DNA of 64,000 nucleotides. Origin: an uncultured Methanosarcinales archaeon (GTDB lineage Archaea; Nanobdellota; Nanobdellia; Woesearchaeales; JABIAG01). A program made the position numbers and the translations under genes. Of the stretch, positions 29,337 through 38,695 are shown piece by piece. The notes under the pieces were generated by a model that worked only from the letters and a program-made list of their open reading frames with translations, did not search any database and had not been told where the DNA came from. The stretch covers positions 78,109 to 142,108 of the forward strand of contig CAZJAJ010000002.1 in assembly GCA_964544335.1 (NCBI GenBank), written 5' to 3'. Numbering within the stretch: the stretch's first letter is position 1; each line of letters starts with the position of its first letter.

Positions 29337-30601
29337 ACGGATTTGCAGTAGAACAAGAACTCAGAGAAACCACAGAAGGTGAACTAGCAGACTTAAAAGT
29401 ATCAGTAAAAGATGGTATCTGTGTAAAAGGCATGCAATCAGCAGCATCCTCTGCAATCCTTAAAGGCCACAAACCTCTCTTTACCGCAACAGCGGTGCAA
29501 CGACTCCTGGACAAAGGTGCAACCGTAATTGGAAAAACCGTGCAAGATGAATTTGGCTTTGGATCATTCTGTCAAAATGTGGGTGAAGGATTTCAAGCAC
29601 CAACAAATCCACATGATGACACAAGAGTAACAGGAGGATCATCAGGTGGCTGTGCAGCAGCAGTAGCACAACTCGGTGACGATCACATCTCCATTGGTGA
29701 ATCAACAGGTGGATCAATCGTGTGTCCAGCAGCATACTGCAAAGTCGTAGGACTCTGTCCAACATACGGAAGAGTATCACGATACGGACTCATTGACTAT
29801 GCAAACTCTATGGACAAAATAGGACCACTTGCAAAATCAGTAAAACAGTGCGCAAAAATACTTTCAATAATTGCCGGCTATGATGAAAACGATCCAACCT
29901 CACTGCAAGCACCAGTAGAAAACTATGAAGAGTACTGTGGCAAAGGCGTAAAAGGACTAAAAGTTGGCATCATAAAAGAATCAAAAGACGTAGACGAAGG
30001 CGTAAAAGAAACCTTTGAAGCAACTATTGCAACACTCAAAGACAAAGGCGCAATAGTAGAAGAAGTATCACTTCCACTCACCTACACATACGGTATTGAA
30101 GCCTACTACATTCTTGCACTCTCAGAAGCATCAACAAACCTCTCAAAATACTGCGGTATCAGATACGGTGCATCAGAACCACTTGAAGGAAACTTTAATG
30201 AATATTTTGCAAAAGTAAGAGGACAACACTTTGGAAAAGAAGTAAAACGACGAATCCTACTTGGAACTTTTGCTCGAATGTCAGGATACAGAGATGCCTA
30301 CTACATGAAAGCACTCAAGGTACGAACAAAAATCATAGAAGAATACAAAGCACTCTTCAAACAATATGATGTACTCATTTCACCAACTATGCCAAATCAC
30401 CCTCCTAAAATAGAAGACATAAACACACTCACTCCATTAGAACAATACATGATGGACGTCCTCACCGTAGGACCAAACATTGCAGGCATGCCGCATATAT
30501 CAGTACCAATGGGAGAAGGACTTCCAAAGGGATGCCTCATCATTGGTGATCATTTACAGGAAGGAAAAATAATTCAGGTGGCTCATGAACTTTACAACTG
30601 A
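29333..30601 (+). CDS. gatA: Asp/Glu-tRNA amidotransferase subunit A (amidase signature enzyme)
   Basis: GGSSGGCAAAVA amidase signature and Ser-cisSer-Lys triad context. Overlaps gatC and gatB. Confidence 0.9.
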   Translation: MNGFAVEQELRETTEGELADLKVSVKDGICVKGMQSAASSAILKGHKPLFTATAVQRLLDKGATVIGKTVQDEFGFGSFCQNVGEGFQAPTNPHDDTRVTGGSSGGCAAAVAQLGDDHISIGESTGGSIVCPAAYCKVVGLCPTYGRVSRYGLIDYANSMDKIGPLAKSVKQCAKILSIIAGYDENDPTSLQAPVENYEEYCGKGVKGLKVGIIKESKDVDEGVKETFEATIATLKDKGAIVEEVSLPLTYTYGIEAYYILALSEASTNLSKYCGIRYGASEPLEGNFNEYFAKVRGQHFGKEVKRRILLGTFARMSGYRDAYYMKALKVRTKIIEEYKALFKQYDVLISPTMPNHPPKIEDINTLTPLEQYMMDVLTVGPNIAGMPHISVPMGEGLPKGCLIIGDHLQEGKIIQVAHELYN

Positions 30602-31976
30602 TGTCGTAATTGGTCTAGAAATTCACATCCAACTAGACACAAAAACAAAACTCTTCTCATCTAGTCCTACGGCTAAAAAGAAAGACACTGCAAACAGTAA
30701 ATGTGATGTCATCAATTTAGGAATGCCTGGATCAAAACCACGACTCAACAAAGAAGCAATTCAAAAAGCACTCAAACTCTGTCTTGCAACTAACTGTGAA
30801 ATCGCAAACGAACTTATCTTTTCAAGAAAATCATACTTTTATCCAGATCTTTCAAAGAATTATCAAATCACACAATATGAACTACCACTTGGACAGAAAG
30901 GATTCATTACGTTAATGTCTGGAAAGAAAGTAAACCTTACCAGAATCCATCTTGAAGAAGATCCAGCATCACTCACGCACCCATCAGGCATGGATGCATC
31001 AAAATTTGTGCTTATCGACTATAACCGATCAGGAAATCCACTATGTGAACTCGTAACAGAACCAGAAATGTACTCCCCACAAGAAGCAAGAGACTTTCTC
31101 AAACAACTGATTGCAATTCTTTCCTATCTCAACATCTTTGACAATCAAAATGGCATTATCAAAGCAGATGCAAACGTTTCCATTAAAGAAAAAAATTACA
31201 CGCGTGTAGAAATCAAAAACATCACGGGCTTTAAAGAACTCGAACGTGCACTGATCTATGAAATAGAACGACAAAAAAACGAAGAAGTAGTAATGGAAAC
31301 ACGTGGGTGGGATGCAGATCAAGGCATCACTCGTTCACTTCGAAAAAAAGAATCCGAAGAAGAATACGGATACATCCTAGACCCAGACATTCCCGTAACC
31401 GACATCACCCAAGACATGAAGGACGCATGCGACATTCCAGAAATGCCCTATGAAAAAGCACTAAGACTTATTGAAGAATACAAACTCACAGAAGAAGATG
31501 CGCACATCATAGCACAAACAGAATCACTTGCACATCTCTTTGAAAAAGCAATTAAAACGGTATCTGCATCAACAGCAGTAACCTGGATGAGACACGAACT
31601 CAACCGAGTGCTCAACTACAACAAAATAGAACTTGACGACATCACACTTGATGAAGAACAAATGCTCGTGCTCATGCAAATGGTTGAAAACAAAGACCTC
31701 ACTGAAAACTCAGCAAAAAAAGTCCTCAACACACTCGTTGTAGAACCAATCAACGTCAAAGAGTACGTAGAACAAGAAGGACTCAAAGCAGTCTCAGATA
31801 CGGGAGCACTAGAGGCATACTGCAAAGAAGCAATAGAAGCAAACCCGCAAGTTGCAGAAGACTACAAATCAGGCAATGAAAAAGCACTCAACTTCCTTGT
31901 AGGACAAGTCATGAGAAAAACAAAAGGAGCAGCATCACCGCCAGAACTCCTTGAAATAATTAAAAAATTAATCTAA
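30585..31976 (+). CDS. gatB: Asp/Glu-tRNA amidotransferase subunit B
   Basis: 463 aa. GatB catalytic cradle and C-terminal YqeY-like tRNA-binding domain. Confidence 0.9.
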   Translation: MNFTTDVVIGLEIHIQLDTKTKLFSSSPTAKKKDTANSKCDVINLGMPGSKPRLNKEAIQKALKLCLATNCEIANELIFSRKSYFYPDLSKNYQITQYELPLGQKGFITLMSGKKVNLTRIHLEEDPASLTHPSGMDASKFVLIDYNRSGNPLCELVTEPEMYSPQEARDFLKQLIAILSYLNIFDNQNGIIKADANVSIKEKNYTRVEIKNITGFKELERALIYEIERQKNEEVVMETRGWDADQGITRSLRKKESEEEYGYILDPDIPVTDITQDMKDACDIPEMPYEKALRLIEEYKLTEEDAHIIAQTESLAHLFEKAIKTVSASTAVTWMRHELNRVLNYNKIELDDITLDEEQMLVLMQMVENKDLTENSAKKVLNTLVVEPINVKEYVEQEGLKAVSDTGALEAYCKEAIEANPQVAEDYKSGNEKALNFLVGQVMRKTKGAASPPELLEIIKKLI

Positions 31977-33202
31977 TTTCCAAGATGCGTCTCAAACACC
32001 TTCTTGGTCATCTCAGCAACACGACCTTCAAACTCATACTTCTTCTCCCCCTCATGAGACTCTTCAGAAAGTGCTTGCATCAAATCAATCATCAATTTCT
32101 TTTCAGCATCTACGTTAATAGAAATACCTTTGTGCATACCTAAATGTTCCTGGACAATACTCTGCTCAATATTCTCAACACTATCTTCCTTCACATGCAC
32201 GGCCTCAAACGATTGTGTCTGGACTGAAGACGTATTTCTCATCACAAAGTACGCACCATGTTCATACAATAACTTAGAAATTTCCTTGAATGCAATATCA
32301 GAAACACGTCCCTGGCCAAGTAAACCTCTCAGACGTAGACAAACAATCTTCCCATCAACATCAGTGGCAAGCAATTCAGTCTTAATTTCTTGCTCAACTT
32401 CTTCAGCACTCTTTCCCTCGCAATCTTTCACATAGGAAAAGACCTGCTTAAGTACAATAGGAATAAATCGCACATTACCGTGATCATAAATATACATCCC
32501 GCCTCCACCAAGCTTCTCAAGTTCAGTAAATGAATTAGGAAACGTAGGCCCAGGATACACAATATGTTCATACCCATCAATGGTACTATCACTCACAATG
32601 TGCACATGTCCTCCAGCATAGTAATTAAAATTACGAGGAAGTAAAGACACAGGACTTGAATCCATATGAAGTAATTCCTTTGGTTTTAATTCTGTAAGCG
32701 CCGTATGAAACATAAAAATCTTAAAGCCTTCTTCATGCTCTAAATGTTCCCGGTGAATATTCTCATAATAGGTTCGCTCAAGCATTCCACGACGACCAAT
32801 CATTCCAGTAATCTTTGCACCTGTTTTTTGATCAACCGTAAATCGAAGTTTTAACTGTCCATCAACAATATCGCCTTTCACCACATCAATGCACAGCTGT
32901 GCCTCTTCGAGTACATGCAGCATTGCTTTTCCAGAAGGACTAAAATCATGAGAGCCCGCAATAATATAACACGCAATTCCTCGCTCTTTCAAACGTCGAA
33001 GTTGACGAACCGTTTCTTTTACTACATCAATACTAGGAAGTGCCGTATTAAACAAATCACCAGCAATACACACAAAATCAACATTCTCATTAAGACAGTG
33101 ATCTATTGCTTTTACAAAAGAAGACGTATTTACTCGTTGCAAACGCTCTTCTCTATATGATCCAAGATGACAATCGGCAATATGAGCAAATTTCATGCCC
33201 AA
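31973..33202 (-). CDS. mre11: DNA double-strand-break repair nuclease Mre11
   Basis: Calcineurin-like phosphoesterase motifs: AHIADCHLG, GDLFN, GSHD. 409 aa. Confidence 0.85.
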   Translation of the reverse strand: MGMKFAHIADCHLGSYREERLQRVNTSSFVKAIDHCLNENVDFVCIAGDLFNTALPSIDVVKETVRQLRRLKERGIACYIIAGSHDFSPSGKAMLHVLEEAQLCIDVVKGDIVDGQLKLRFTVDQKTGAKITGMIGRRGMLERTYYENIHREHLEHEEGFKIFMFHTALTELKPKELLHMDSSPVSLLPRNFNYYAGGHVHIVSDSTIDGYEHIVYPGPTFPNSFTELEKLGGGGMYIYDHGNVRFIPIVLKQVFSYVKDCEGKSAEEVEQEIKTELLATDVDGKIVCLRLRGLLGQGRVSDIAFKEISKLLYEHGAYFVMRNTSSVQTQSFEAVHVKEDSVENIEQSIVQEHLGMHKGISINVDAEKKLMIDLMQALSEESHEGEKKYEFEGRVAEMTKKVFETHLGN

Positions 33203-33300
33203 AAAAGAGTATACGCACTTATAATTGTTTAGCTACTGGAGTAGAATTCGAAAATATTCCGGAAATTCACTAGAACATGTTATAAAATTCTAAAAAAAGA

Positions 33301-33337
33301 AAAGTCCAGGTTGATGGCCTGGTAAGGTTAACCAATC
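33301..33337 (-). repeat. partial duplicate of the 5S-like internal hairpin, followed on the minus strand by a T-tract
   Basis: ccaggttgatggcctggtaaggttaaccaatc closely matches 33461-33496 of the full copy. On the minus strand, ACTTTTCTTTTTTT follows it. Confidence 0.5.
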
Positions 33338-33372
33338 ATGACTAAGAAAATAATTGAAATATATTAATGTTT

Positions 33373-33547
33373 GGGTAGAGCCGTGGTGGCAGAATCTGGT
33401 ATGCGAGAAAATGCTTTACATTTTCGGCACGCAGAAAATTTTCAATTTTCCCGCGTTGCGCCAGGTTGATGCCCTGGTGAGGTTAACCAATCTCTTGTGG
33501 GTTCGAATTCAACCCGTAATTGAACGGAAATCCCGCCCACGGCGCCC
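33373..33547 (-). rRNA. 5S rRNA-like gene, copy A, with a 55-nt internal insertion
   Basis: Minus-sense GGGCGCCGTGG...CCACGGCTCTACCC gives a terminal helix that covaries with copy B (GT/AC versus AA/TT). Internal AUUCGAACCC...GUUAACC resembles the archaeal 5S loop-C region (CAUUUCGAACCCGGAAGUUAAGCC). ...UUCUGCCA precedes the 3' helix strand, as in 5S. The size without the insertion is ~120 nt. A conserved AATATT plus A/T-rich promoter-like region lies upstream. Confidence 0.45.
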
Positions 33548-33564
33548 AATATTTTTTAGAAAAA

Positions 33565-34599
33565 TCAAATCCTTAGCACATCTCTGTACTTTTCAAAAGC
33601 CTTGGTCATCTCTTCGATTTCCTTTTCAGCCTTATCATTTGTCATGTTCTTCGTCTTTTCAAAATAAATGCTCATCCAATTCAGCCAAGCAACCTTAAGA
33701 CCCATCACATTTTGTTTATTGAGTTGTTCATACACACGGAGTGCATAATCATTTGCATTCTCAAGCTCGTTTCGACTCAGCTCGCTCCATGCATCAACAT
33801 CAACAGAAACACGTTTTGGTTTTTTCTTCACGCTTCGACCAAGTTTTTTCACAGTAGGATCCACCTCGCGAATAACATGTGTCTTATAGTAGCGCATAAG
33901 TTGAATAATTGTTTTCATAACCTGATTAAATCGAGGCATGAGTTGTTCTTCGGGCCGTACATAATTCACAGAAGAACCATGTTCCTTAACACCAAGTCGT
34001 GTTTCAGCAACGCTCAGTTCTTCGCAAAGTGCAGTAATCGTAATAAACGCATCAATCCCATGATCATATGGAAAAAAGCTACTGGAAAGTAATTGATTAC
34101 ACGCTCGCATACTCAATCCATATTCACCTGCAAGTGGGTTTCTCACCTTTGATTGAAATAAACTTTTCAAAAGCGGATACACTACATGTGTGCTCAGAAC
34201 TGCATCATTTTTATCACGTTGATAGTGTGGAATAATCACATCATGCTTCTCTTTTAAAATTGGAGTTGCAAGTTTAACAATCACTTCAGGAGTAATGGAT
34301 GCAAAATCACCATCAACAAGCACAACACCTTTTGGTGAAAGCATGCGTGACTTTTCAAGCAAAGTTTTTACTGCACTTCCTTTTCCTTTTTTACCTTTTT
34401 CAGAAATTGATTTCTTCTCACACGTTGTTTTTGTTCCCAAAAAAGTATCTTTGGTAGCATCGGTTGAATATCCATCAACACATAAAATAAGTCCATTTAC
34501 TTTCAATGTAGCAAATGCCTTATCACAAGATTTTGTCACCTTAGCAATAGTCTTTTCGCAATTCTTTGCGCTAATTCCTACAATAATATCATATTCCAT
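33565..34599 (-). CDS. GT-A fold glycosyltransferase (GT2/glucosyl-3-phosphoglycerate-synthase-like)
   Basis: LILCVDGYSTDATKD (DxGSTDxT-like) and VVLVDGDFASITPE (DxD region). Confidence 0.5.
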   Translation of the reverse strand: MEYDIIVGISAKNCEKTIAKVTKSCDKAFATLKVNGLILCVDGYSTDATKDTFLGTKTTCEKKSISEKGKKGKGSAVKTLLEKSRMLSPKGVVLVDGDFASITPEVIVKLATPILKEKHDVIIPHYQRDKNDAVLSTHVVYPLLKSLFQSKVRNPLAGEYGLSMRACNQLLSSSFFPYDHGIDAFITITALCEELSVAETRLGVKEHGSSVNYVRPEEQLMPRFNQVMKTIIQLMRYYKTHVIREVDPTVKKLGRSVKKKPKRVSVDVDAWSELSRNELENANDYALRVYEQLNKQNVMGLKVAWLNWMSIYFEKTKNMTNDKAEKEIEEMTKAFEKYRDVLRI

Positions 34600-34697
34600 T
34601 TGTTGTAATCACGTCCATATTCACTAAAATATGGCCCCACACGTATATTTTACAAATGATGGTGGCTTTAAAAAGATAACCCCTATTCAAGAAAGCA

Positions 34698-36212
34698 CTA
34701 AGAAATCGAAATCCCACTAAAACTCACGTGTTCTTTTTCCTTCTCCTCTATTTTCCTAAACTCATCAAACAAAGGAATCTTCACCGGAACTGCAAATGCA
34801 CTAAAGTTAGATGTAATAATTGCCTCGCCCTTATCTAGCGCAGCAATATTTCTTCCATCCTCAGATAAATCCTGCGCAGCACTCTCAATGATTGCCTGAC
34901 GCTCGGGTGCCATTTCAATACCAAGAATAATTTTAGTATTCATATTAGCAAGTACCTGCCGAGGAATAAGTGAAGGCAACTGCGTAATAGCAACAAGTCC
35001 CACCTGAAACTTTCTTCCCTCGCGTGCAATAGTAGAAAAAATATTTGATCCTTTCTCGAGCACCTCTTTTCCAAGAACTCGAGGAGCTTCTTCAAGAATA
35101 ATACTGATCACAGGTTTATCGCGAAGCGATCCATTCACCTTACATGACTTATAGTGACTAAACACTTCATGTGCAATAAGAGAGCCAACGAGAATTTCAA
35201 TCTTACCCGAACAGGAACTCGTATTGACAATAACCGTCTTTGCTTGCTCAAGTTCATGCAAAATATCTTTAATCGTAGTCTGTCCTGACTGCGCATCAAA
35301 CAACCCACTACAATGCAGCTCGTTATTTACCAATCGAATACCAAGCAATGCACCAAATCGTCGTTTAACTACAAGCAACGTTGCCTCAGCAACCCCTCGA
35401 AGTTCATCAGCAGCTGCGCGAATCGTTTTCTCAATCCATGACGTCCCCCACTTCTTATATGCGAGCATCAAACATTCATACTGCGCAGAACTCCACTGCA
35501 CAACACCATTAAAATGCTCAGGTCTAAGTAAAGACAAATGAATCTTTAGCGATCGTCCACCAACAACACCTTGTGTTGGAGAGTAATACACCACCTTATC
35601 GCGAGCAGGATGTGATGATAACTTATCATAATACTCATCATGTGGATCAAGCACAAGAACACCTGCAAAGTCTTTCGACGTAAGATCCCAGAGCATCACT
35701 GAGGTCAAATTACTTTTACCCTTTCCCGTAGTTGCAGGAATAAGTACGTGATGACTGAGTACCTCTTTACCATTCAAAAACAGTGGGACATCAAGCAACC
35801 GACTCCCTGATCGCAAATTTCCAATAAACAATGGATTCTTAGGTTCTGTAAGAAATTTTAAATCATCTTCTGTAACTTCTCGAACATGTGAAAAAAATCC
35901 AGGAAGTACTTTTGATGCACGTCCCTTCCCACCATCAATACGAAGCACACTTTTAAGTGTTGCAAGTGTATACAATCGAAGCTTTGGATCCATAAAAGAA
36001 AATGATCCCTCATCCTCAAGCTCCATGCCAGAAATGAGTTCTAAATTAATTGAAGAAATCTGACTCCCAAACGACACATCAGTAACCTGTAGCAAAGACT
36101 TACTCTCCTGCTGTTCTGCAATGAGTAATTCACCGATCTCAAAATGAGCACCTGACTTTTGCCGCGCAACAAGATTGCCAAAATTGCCCCCAATAATCTG
36201 TCCCTTAGTCAC
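34698..36212 (-). CDS. herA: HerA-family hexameric DNA helicase/translocase (FtsK/HerA superfamily)
   Basis: 504 aa. N-terminal HAS-barrel-like region, Walker [18 protein letters not shown], and LVLDPHDEY. Confidence 0.75.
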   Translation of the reverse strand: MTKGQIIGGNFGNLVARQKSGAHFEIGELLIAEQQESKSLLQVTDVSFGSQISSINLELISGMELEDEGSFSFMDPKLRLYTLATLKSVLRIDGGKGRASKVLPGFFSHVREVTEDDLKFLTEPKNPLFIGNLRSGSRLLDVPLFLNGKEVLSHHVLIPATTGKGKSNLTSVMLWDLTSKDFAGVLVLDPHDEYYDKLSSHPARDKVVYYSPTQGVVGGRSLKIHLSLLRPEHFNGVVQWSSAQYECLMLAYKKWGTSWIEKTIRAAADELRGVAEATLLVVKRRFGALLGIRLVNNELHCSGLFDAQSGQTTIKDILHELEQAKTVIVNTSSCSGKIEILVGSLIAHEVFSHYKSCKVNGSLRDKPVISIILEEAPRVLGKEVLEKGSNIFSTIAREGRKFQVGLVAITQLPSLIPRQVLANMNTKIILGIEMAPERQAIIESAAQDLSEDGRNIAALDKGEAIITSNFSAFAVPVKIPLFDEFRKIEEKEKEHVSFSGISIS

Positions 36213-36256
36213 ACAGCATCAAGAAAGCAGTGCATTAAAAATATATCTGTAAAGAA

Positions 36257-36610
36257 TTACTGGTATTCTGAAAGAACGTTCATTAATTCAGTCAATCTAT
36301 ACGGCTTTTGGATAAATTGTTCTCTTGGTAATTCTCCATCCATCCACTGAGCAACAGTTTCATATGGTTTCCCACTCATAAGAAAATAATTGATGCCTCT
36401 TTCATGAAGATTTCTTGCAAGTTCAATTCCATTCATATTTGGCATTTCCACATCACTGAGCACTAAATCAGGATTCCCGTGTGTATCAATATGTGCAAGT
36501 GCTTCAACACCATTGGTTGCTGTAAAAGTCGTATGTCCCAATAGAATAACTAACTCTTTTGTTGCATCTAACAAGTCTTTCGTATCATCAACAACAAGTA
36601 TATTTGCCAT
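36257..36610 (-). CDS. stand-alone response-regulator receiver domain (CheY-like)
   Basis: ILVVDDTKD...LVLSDVEMPNMNGIELARNL with conserved Asp residues. Start set at MANILVVDD. The longer tracked ORF has a non-homologous N-extension. Confidence 0.7.
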   Translation of the reverse strand: MANILVVDDTKDLLDATKELVILLGHTTFTATNGVEALAHIDTHGNPDLVLSDVEMPNMNGIELARNLHERGINYFLMSGKPYETVAQWMDGELPREQFIQKPYRLTELMNVLSEYQ

Positions 36611-36701
36611 GAGCTTGGGACTTCTCTGATCTTTATAAAGACTCCTTCTCCACAAGAAATCACCACAACGCTTATAAAACGCCCCTTCCCCTCTTATATC
36701 C

Positions 36702-37796
36702 ATGGCAATAAACAGTACCGAGAGGCATAAGCTAAAGAAATTTATCAAAGAACTAGCTCCGCATAGAGGTCGCCATACAGAACTCGTAACCGTATACGTA
36801 CCAGCAGGCTACGATCTAAACAAAATTACCACGCATCTTGCACAAGAGCAAGGAACAGCAACCAACATCAAATCTACAGCTACTCGAAAAAACGTAATTG
36901 ACGCATTAGAAAAGATGTTGCAACACCTCAAACTCTTCAAACAAACGCCACCAAATGGCCTTGCACTCTTCTCGGGAAACGTTTCAGAACGAGAAGGACA
37001 ATCAGACGTACAAGTATGGAGCTACGAGCCACCAATTCCACTTAATATTCGAATCTATAGGTGTGATAAAGCATTCGTACTAGAACCACTCGAAGAAATG
37101 CTTGACACAGAAGACATCTTTGGTATGATTGTCATGGATCGAAGAGATGCAACCATTGCAATGCTTAAAGGAAAATCCATTATTCCACTTCTCAAAACAC
37201 ATTCAGAAGTTCCAGGCAAGTTTAAAGCAGGTGGGCAGTCCGCTCAACGTTTTGCACGTCTACGTGAAGGCGCTGCAAAAGATCACTACAAGAAAGTGGC
37301 TGAATACGTAAAAGAGCAGTTCTTATTCATGGAAAACCTCAAAGGAATTCTCGTAGGTGGACCAGGTCCAACAAAATACGAATTCGTAGAAGGTAACTAC
37401 ATTACCAATGAAGTAAAACAAAAAATAATTGCAATCAAAGATCTCTCTTATACCGACGACTTTGGTCTACAAGAACTTCTTGAAAAATGTGAAGACGTCC
37501 TTGCAGCAGAAGAAGTAGCAGATGAAAAGAAGATCATGACTAAATTCTTTCAAATGCTTGCAACCGATGATCAAAAAACCGGCTATGGAAAAGCTGATGT
37601 TGAACACAAACTTGCCATGGGCGCAGTAGAAACACTACTCATCTCAGAAAGTCTTGATGATGATCTCATTGAAGAATTTGAAGAAAAAGCAAAAGAAATG
37701 GGAACAGAAGTAAAAATAATCTCAACTGACACTCGTGAAGGCGCACAACTCAAAGACATGGGCGGCGTTGTAGCAATTCTAAGATACGCGGTGTAA
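36702..37796 (+). CDS. prf1: peptide chain release factor aRF1 (eRF1 family)
   Basis: NIKS-like NIKSTATRKNV, and GGQ motif KFKAGGQSAQRFARLRE. 364 aa. Confidence 0.9.
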   Translation: MAINSTERHKLKKFIKELAPHRGRHTELVTVYVPAGYDLNKITTHLAQEQGTATNIKSTATRKNVIDALEKMLQHLKLFKQTPPNGLALFSGNVSEREGQSDVQVWSYEPPIPLNIRIYRCDKAFVLEPLEEMLDTEDIFGMIVMDRRDATIAMLKGKSIIPLLKTHSEVPGKFKAGGQSAQRFARLREGAAKDHYKKVAEYVKEQFLFMENLKGILVGGPGPTKYEFVEGNYITNEVKQKIIAIKDLSYTDDFGLQELLEKCEDVLAAEEVADEKKIMTKFFQMLATDDQKTGYGKADVEHKLAMGAVETLLISESLDDDLIEEFEEKAKEMGTEVKIISTDTREGAQLKDMGGVVAILRYAV

Positions 37797-37803
37797 ACAC
37801 GAA

Positions 37804-38430
37804 TCAATTCTGACCAAAAATAGTTGGATACTCATCACGAACAGAAGTATTTTTCTTATTATCACTTGAATTCTTCTTCTCCTCAAAAGCAATTCTATTG
37901 CTTGAAGAACTACTCTTTTTCTTCTTCTTATCACCAGGACTCTCACCAGTAATATACCCAATAAGCAGCAAGAACACCACAATAAGTAAAATAACGGGAT
38001 TAAAAATAAGATCGATAATAAATCCATAATGTGCTAAATTCACCAGTCCCATGATGTACAAAAATGCAATAATGACACCAATCATCCCAAGTACACCAAA
38101 TATATTCTTGTAATCATAAAACTCTTGAAAATTAAATGCAGCAATCACATAAAACAAGCACATCAAAAATACCATAAGCATACCAAGGAATTGCAAATAC
38201 GTAGTAAGTTGCTCAACACGTGATGCTGATGCAATAAAGAAAAATGCAATACAAAATGACACCATGGCGTTAATATTGTGCCTTGCCTTTCCATTCTTTT
38301 CAACACCAAGAACCTTGGTTTTCTCAAGCATAGCATACACCACAGTGAATACCACAATAAATGGAAGAACAATGTTAAACAGACCCAGTCCCTCAAGGTT
38401 ATTAAGAGACTCTCTAAACACAGATGCCAT
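37804..38430 (-). CDS. membrane protein, unknown function, with Lys-rich cytoplasmic tail
   Basis: 208 aa, 5 predicted TM helices, C-terminal KKKKSSSSSN tail. Confidence 0.4.
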   Translation of the reverse strand: MASVFRESLNNLEGLGLFNIVLPFIVVFTVVYAMLEKTKVLGVEKNGKARHNINAMVSFCIAFFFIASASRVEQLTTYLQFLGMLMVFLMCLFYVIAAFNFQEFYDYKNIFGVLGMIGVIIAFLYIMGLVNLAHYGFIIDLIFNPVILLIVVFLLLIGYITGESPGDKKKKKSSSSSNRIAFEEKKNSSDNKKNTSVRDEYPTIFGQN

Positions 38431-38651
38431 CCATTTCCTCTGTATCGAAGGTATTTAAATATTCGTTTTTAAATAATTCAAATAAGTACTACTCAATAGT
38501 AGTACAAAAAGCAAAGGTTTATATATGAGTTATGCATACCTAAAACTGGAGATAAGGCATCATGCCGATGCCCGGACGTAATCCCCCCACACGCTCGATT
38601 TCTTCCGGGATTCTCCAACCTTATATTCGTATTTTACATACGTACACCTCC

Positions 38652-38671
38652 GTGCGTGCACAAGCACGCAC
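38652..38671. promoter_or_regulatory. perfect 8-bp-arm palindrome GTGCGTGC-ACAA-GCACGCAC ~25 nt upstream of the lipoprotein gene start
   Basis: Seen directly. Additional palindromes GGCATCATGCC (38556-38566) and CCCGGA...TCCGGG (38571-38609) lie upstream. Confidence 0.35.
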
Positions 38672-38695
38672 ACCCTTCCTATATGGATAAAAACC

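Noticed and set aside
29009-29356. 115-aa minus-strand ORF antisense to gatC
   Set aside because: Entirely contained within the well-supported gatC/gatA region. Cys/Ser-rich low-complexity translation. Spurious antisense frame.
33373-33547. tRNA interpretation of the 5S-like elements. They have a GGTTCGAAT T-loop-like motif and a CCAGG-TTGATGC-CCTGG hairpin that looks like an anticodon arm with anticodon GAT, so they read like multi-intron or split tRNAs.
   Set aside because: No D-arm can be formed. The 'anticodon' hairpin is identical in both divergent copies and has G37. The variable and T regions would need 2-3 non-canonical introns. Reading the opposite strand gives a clean ~122-nt molecule with a 5S-like terminal helix, loop-C-like motif and 3' CUGCCA. 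The tRNA reading is therefore kept only as an alternative.
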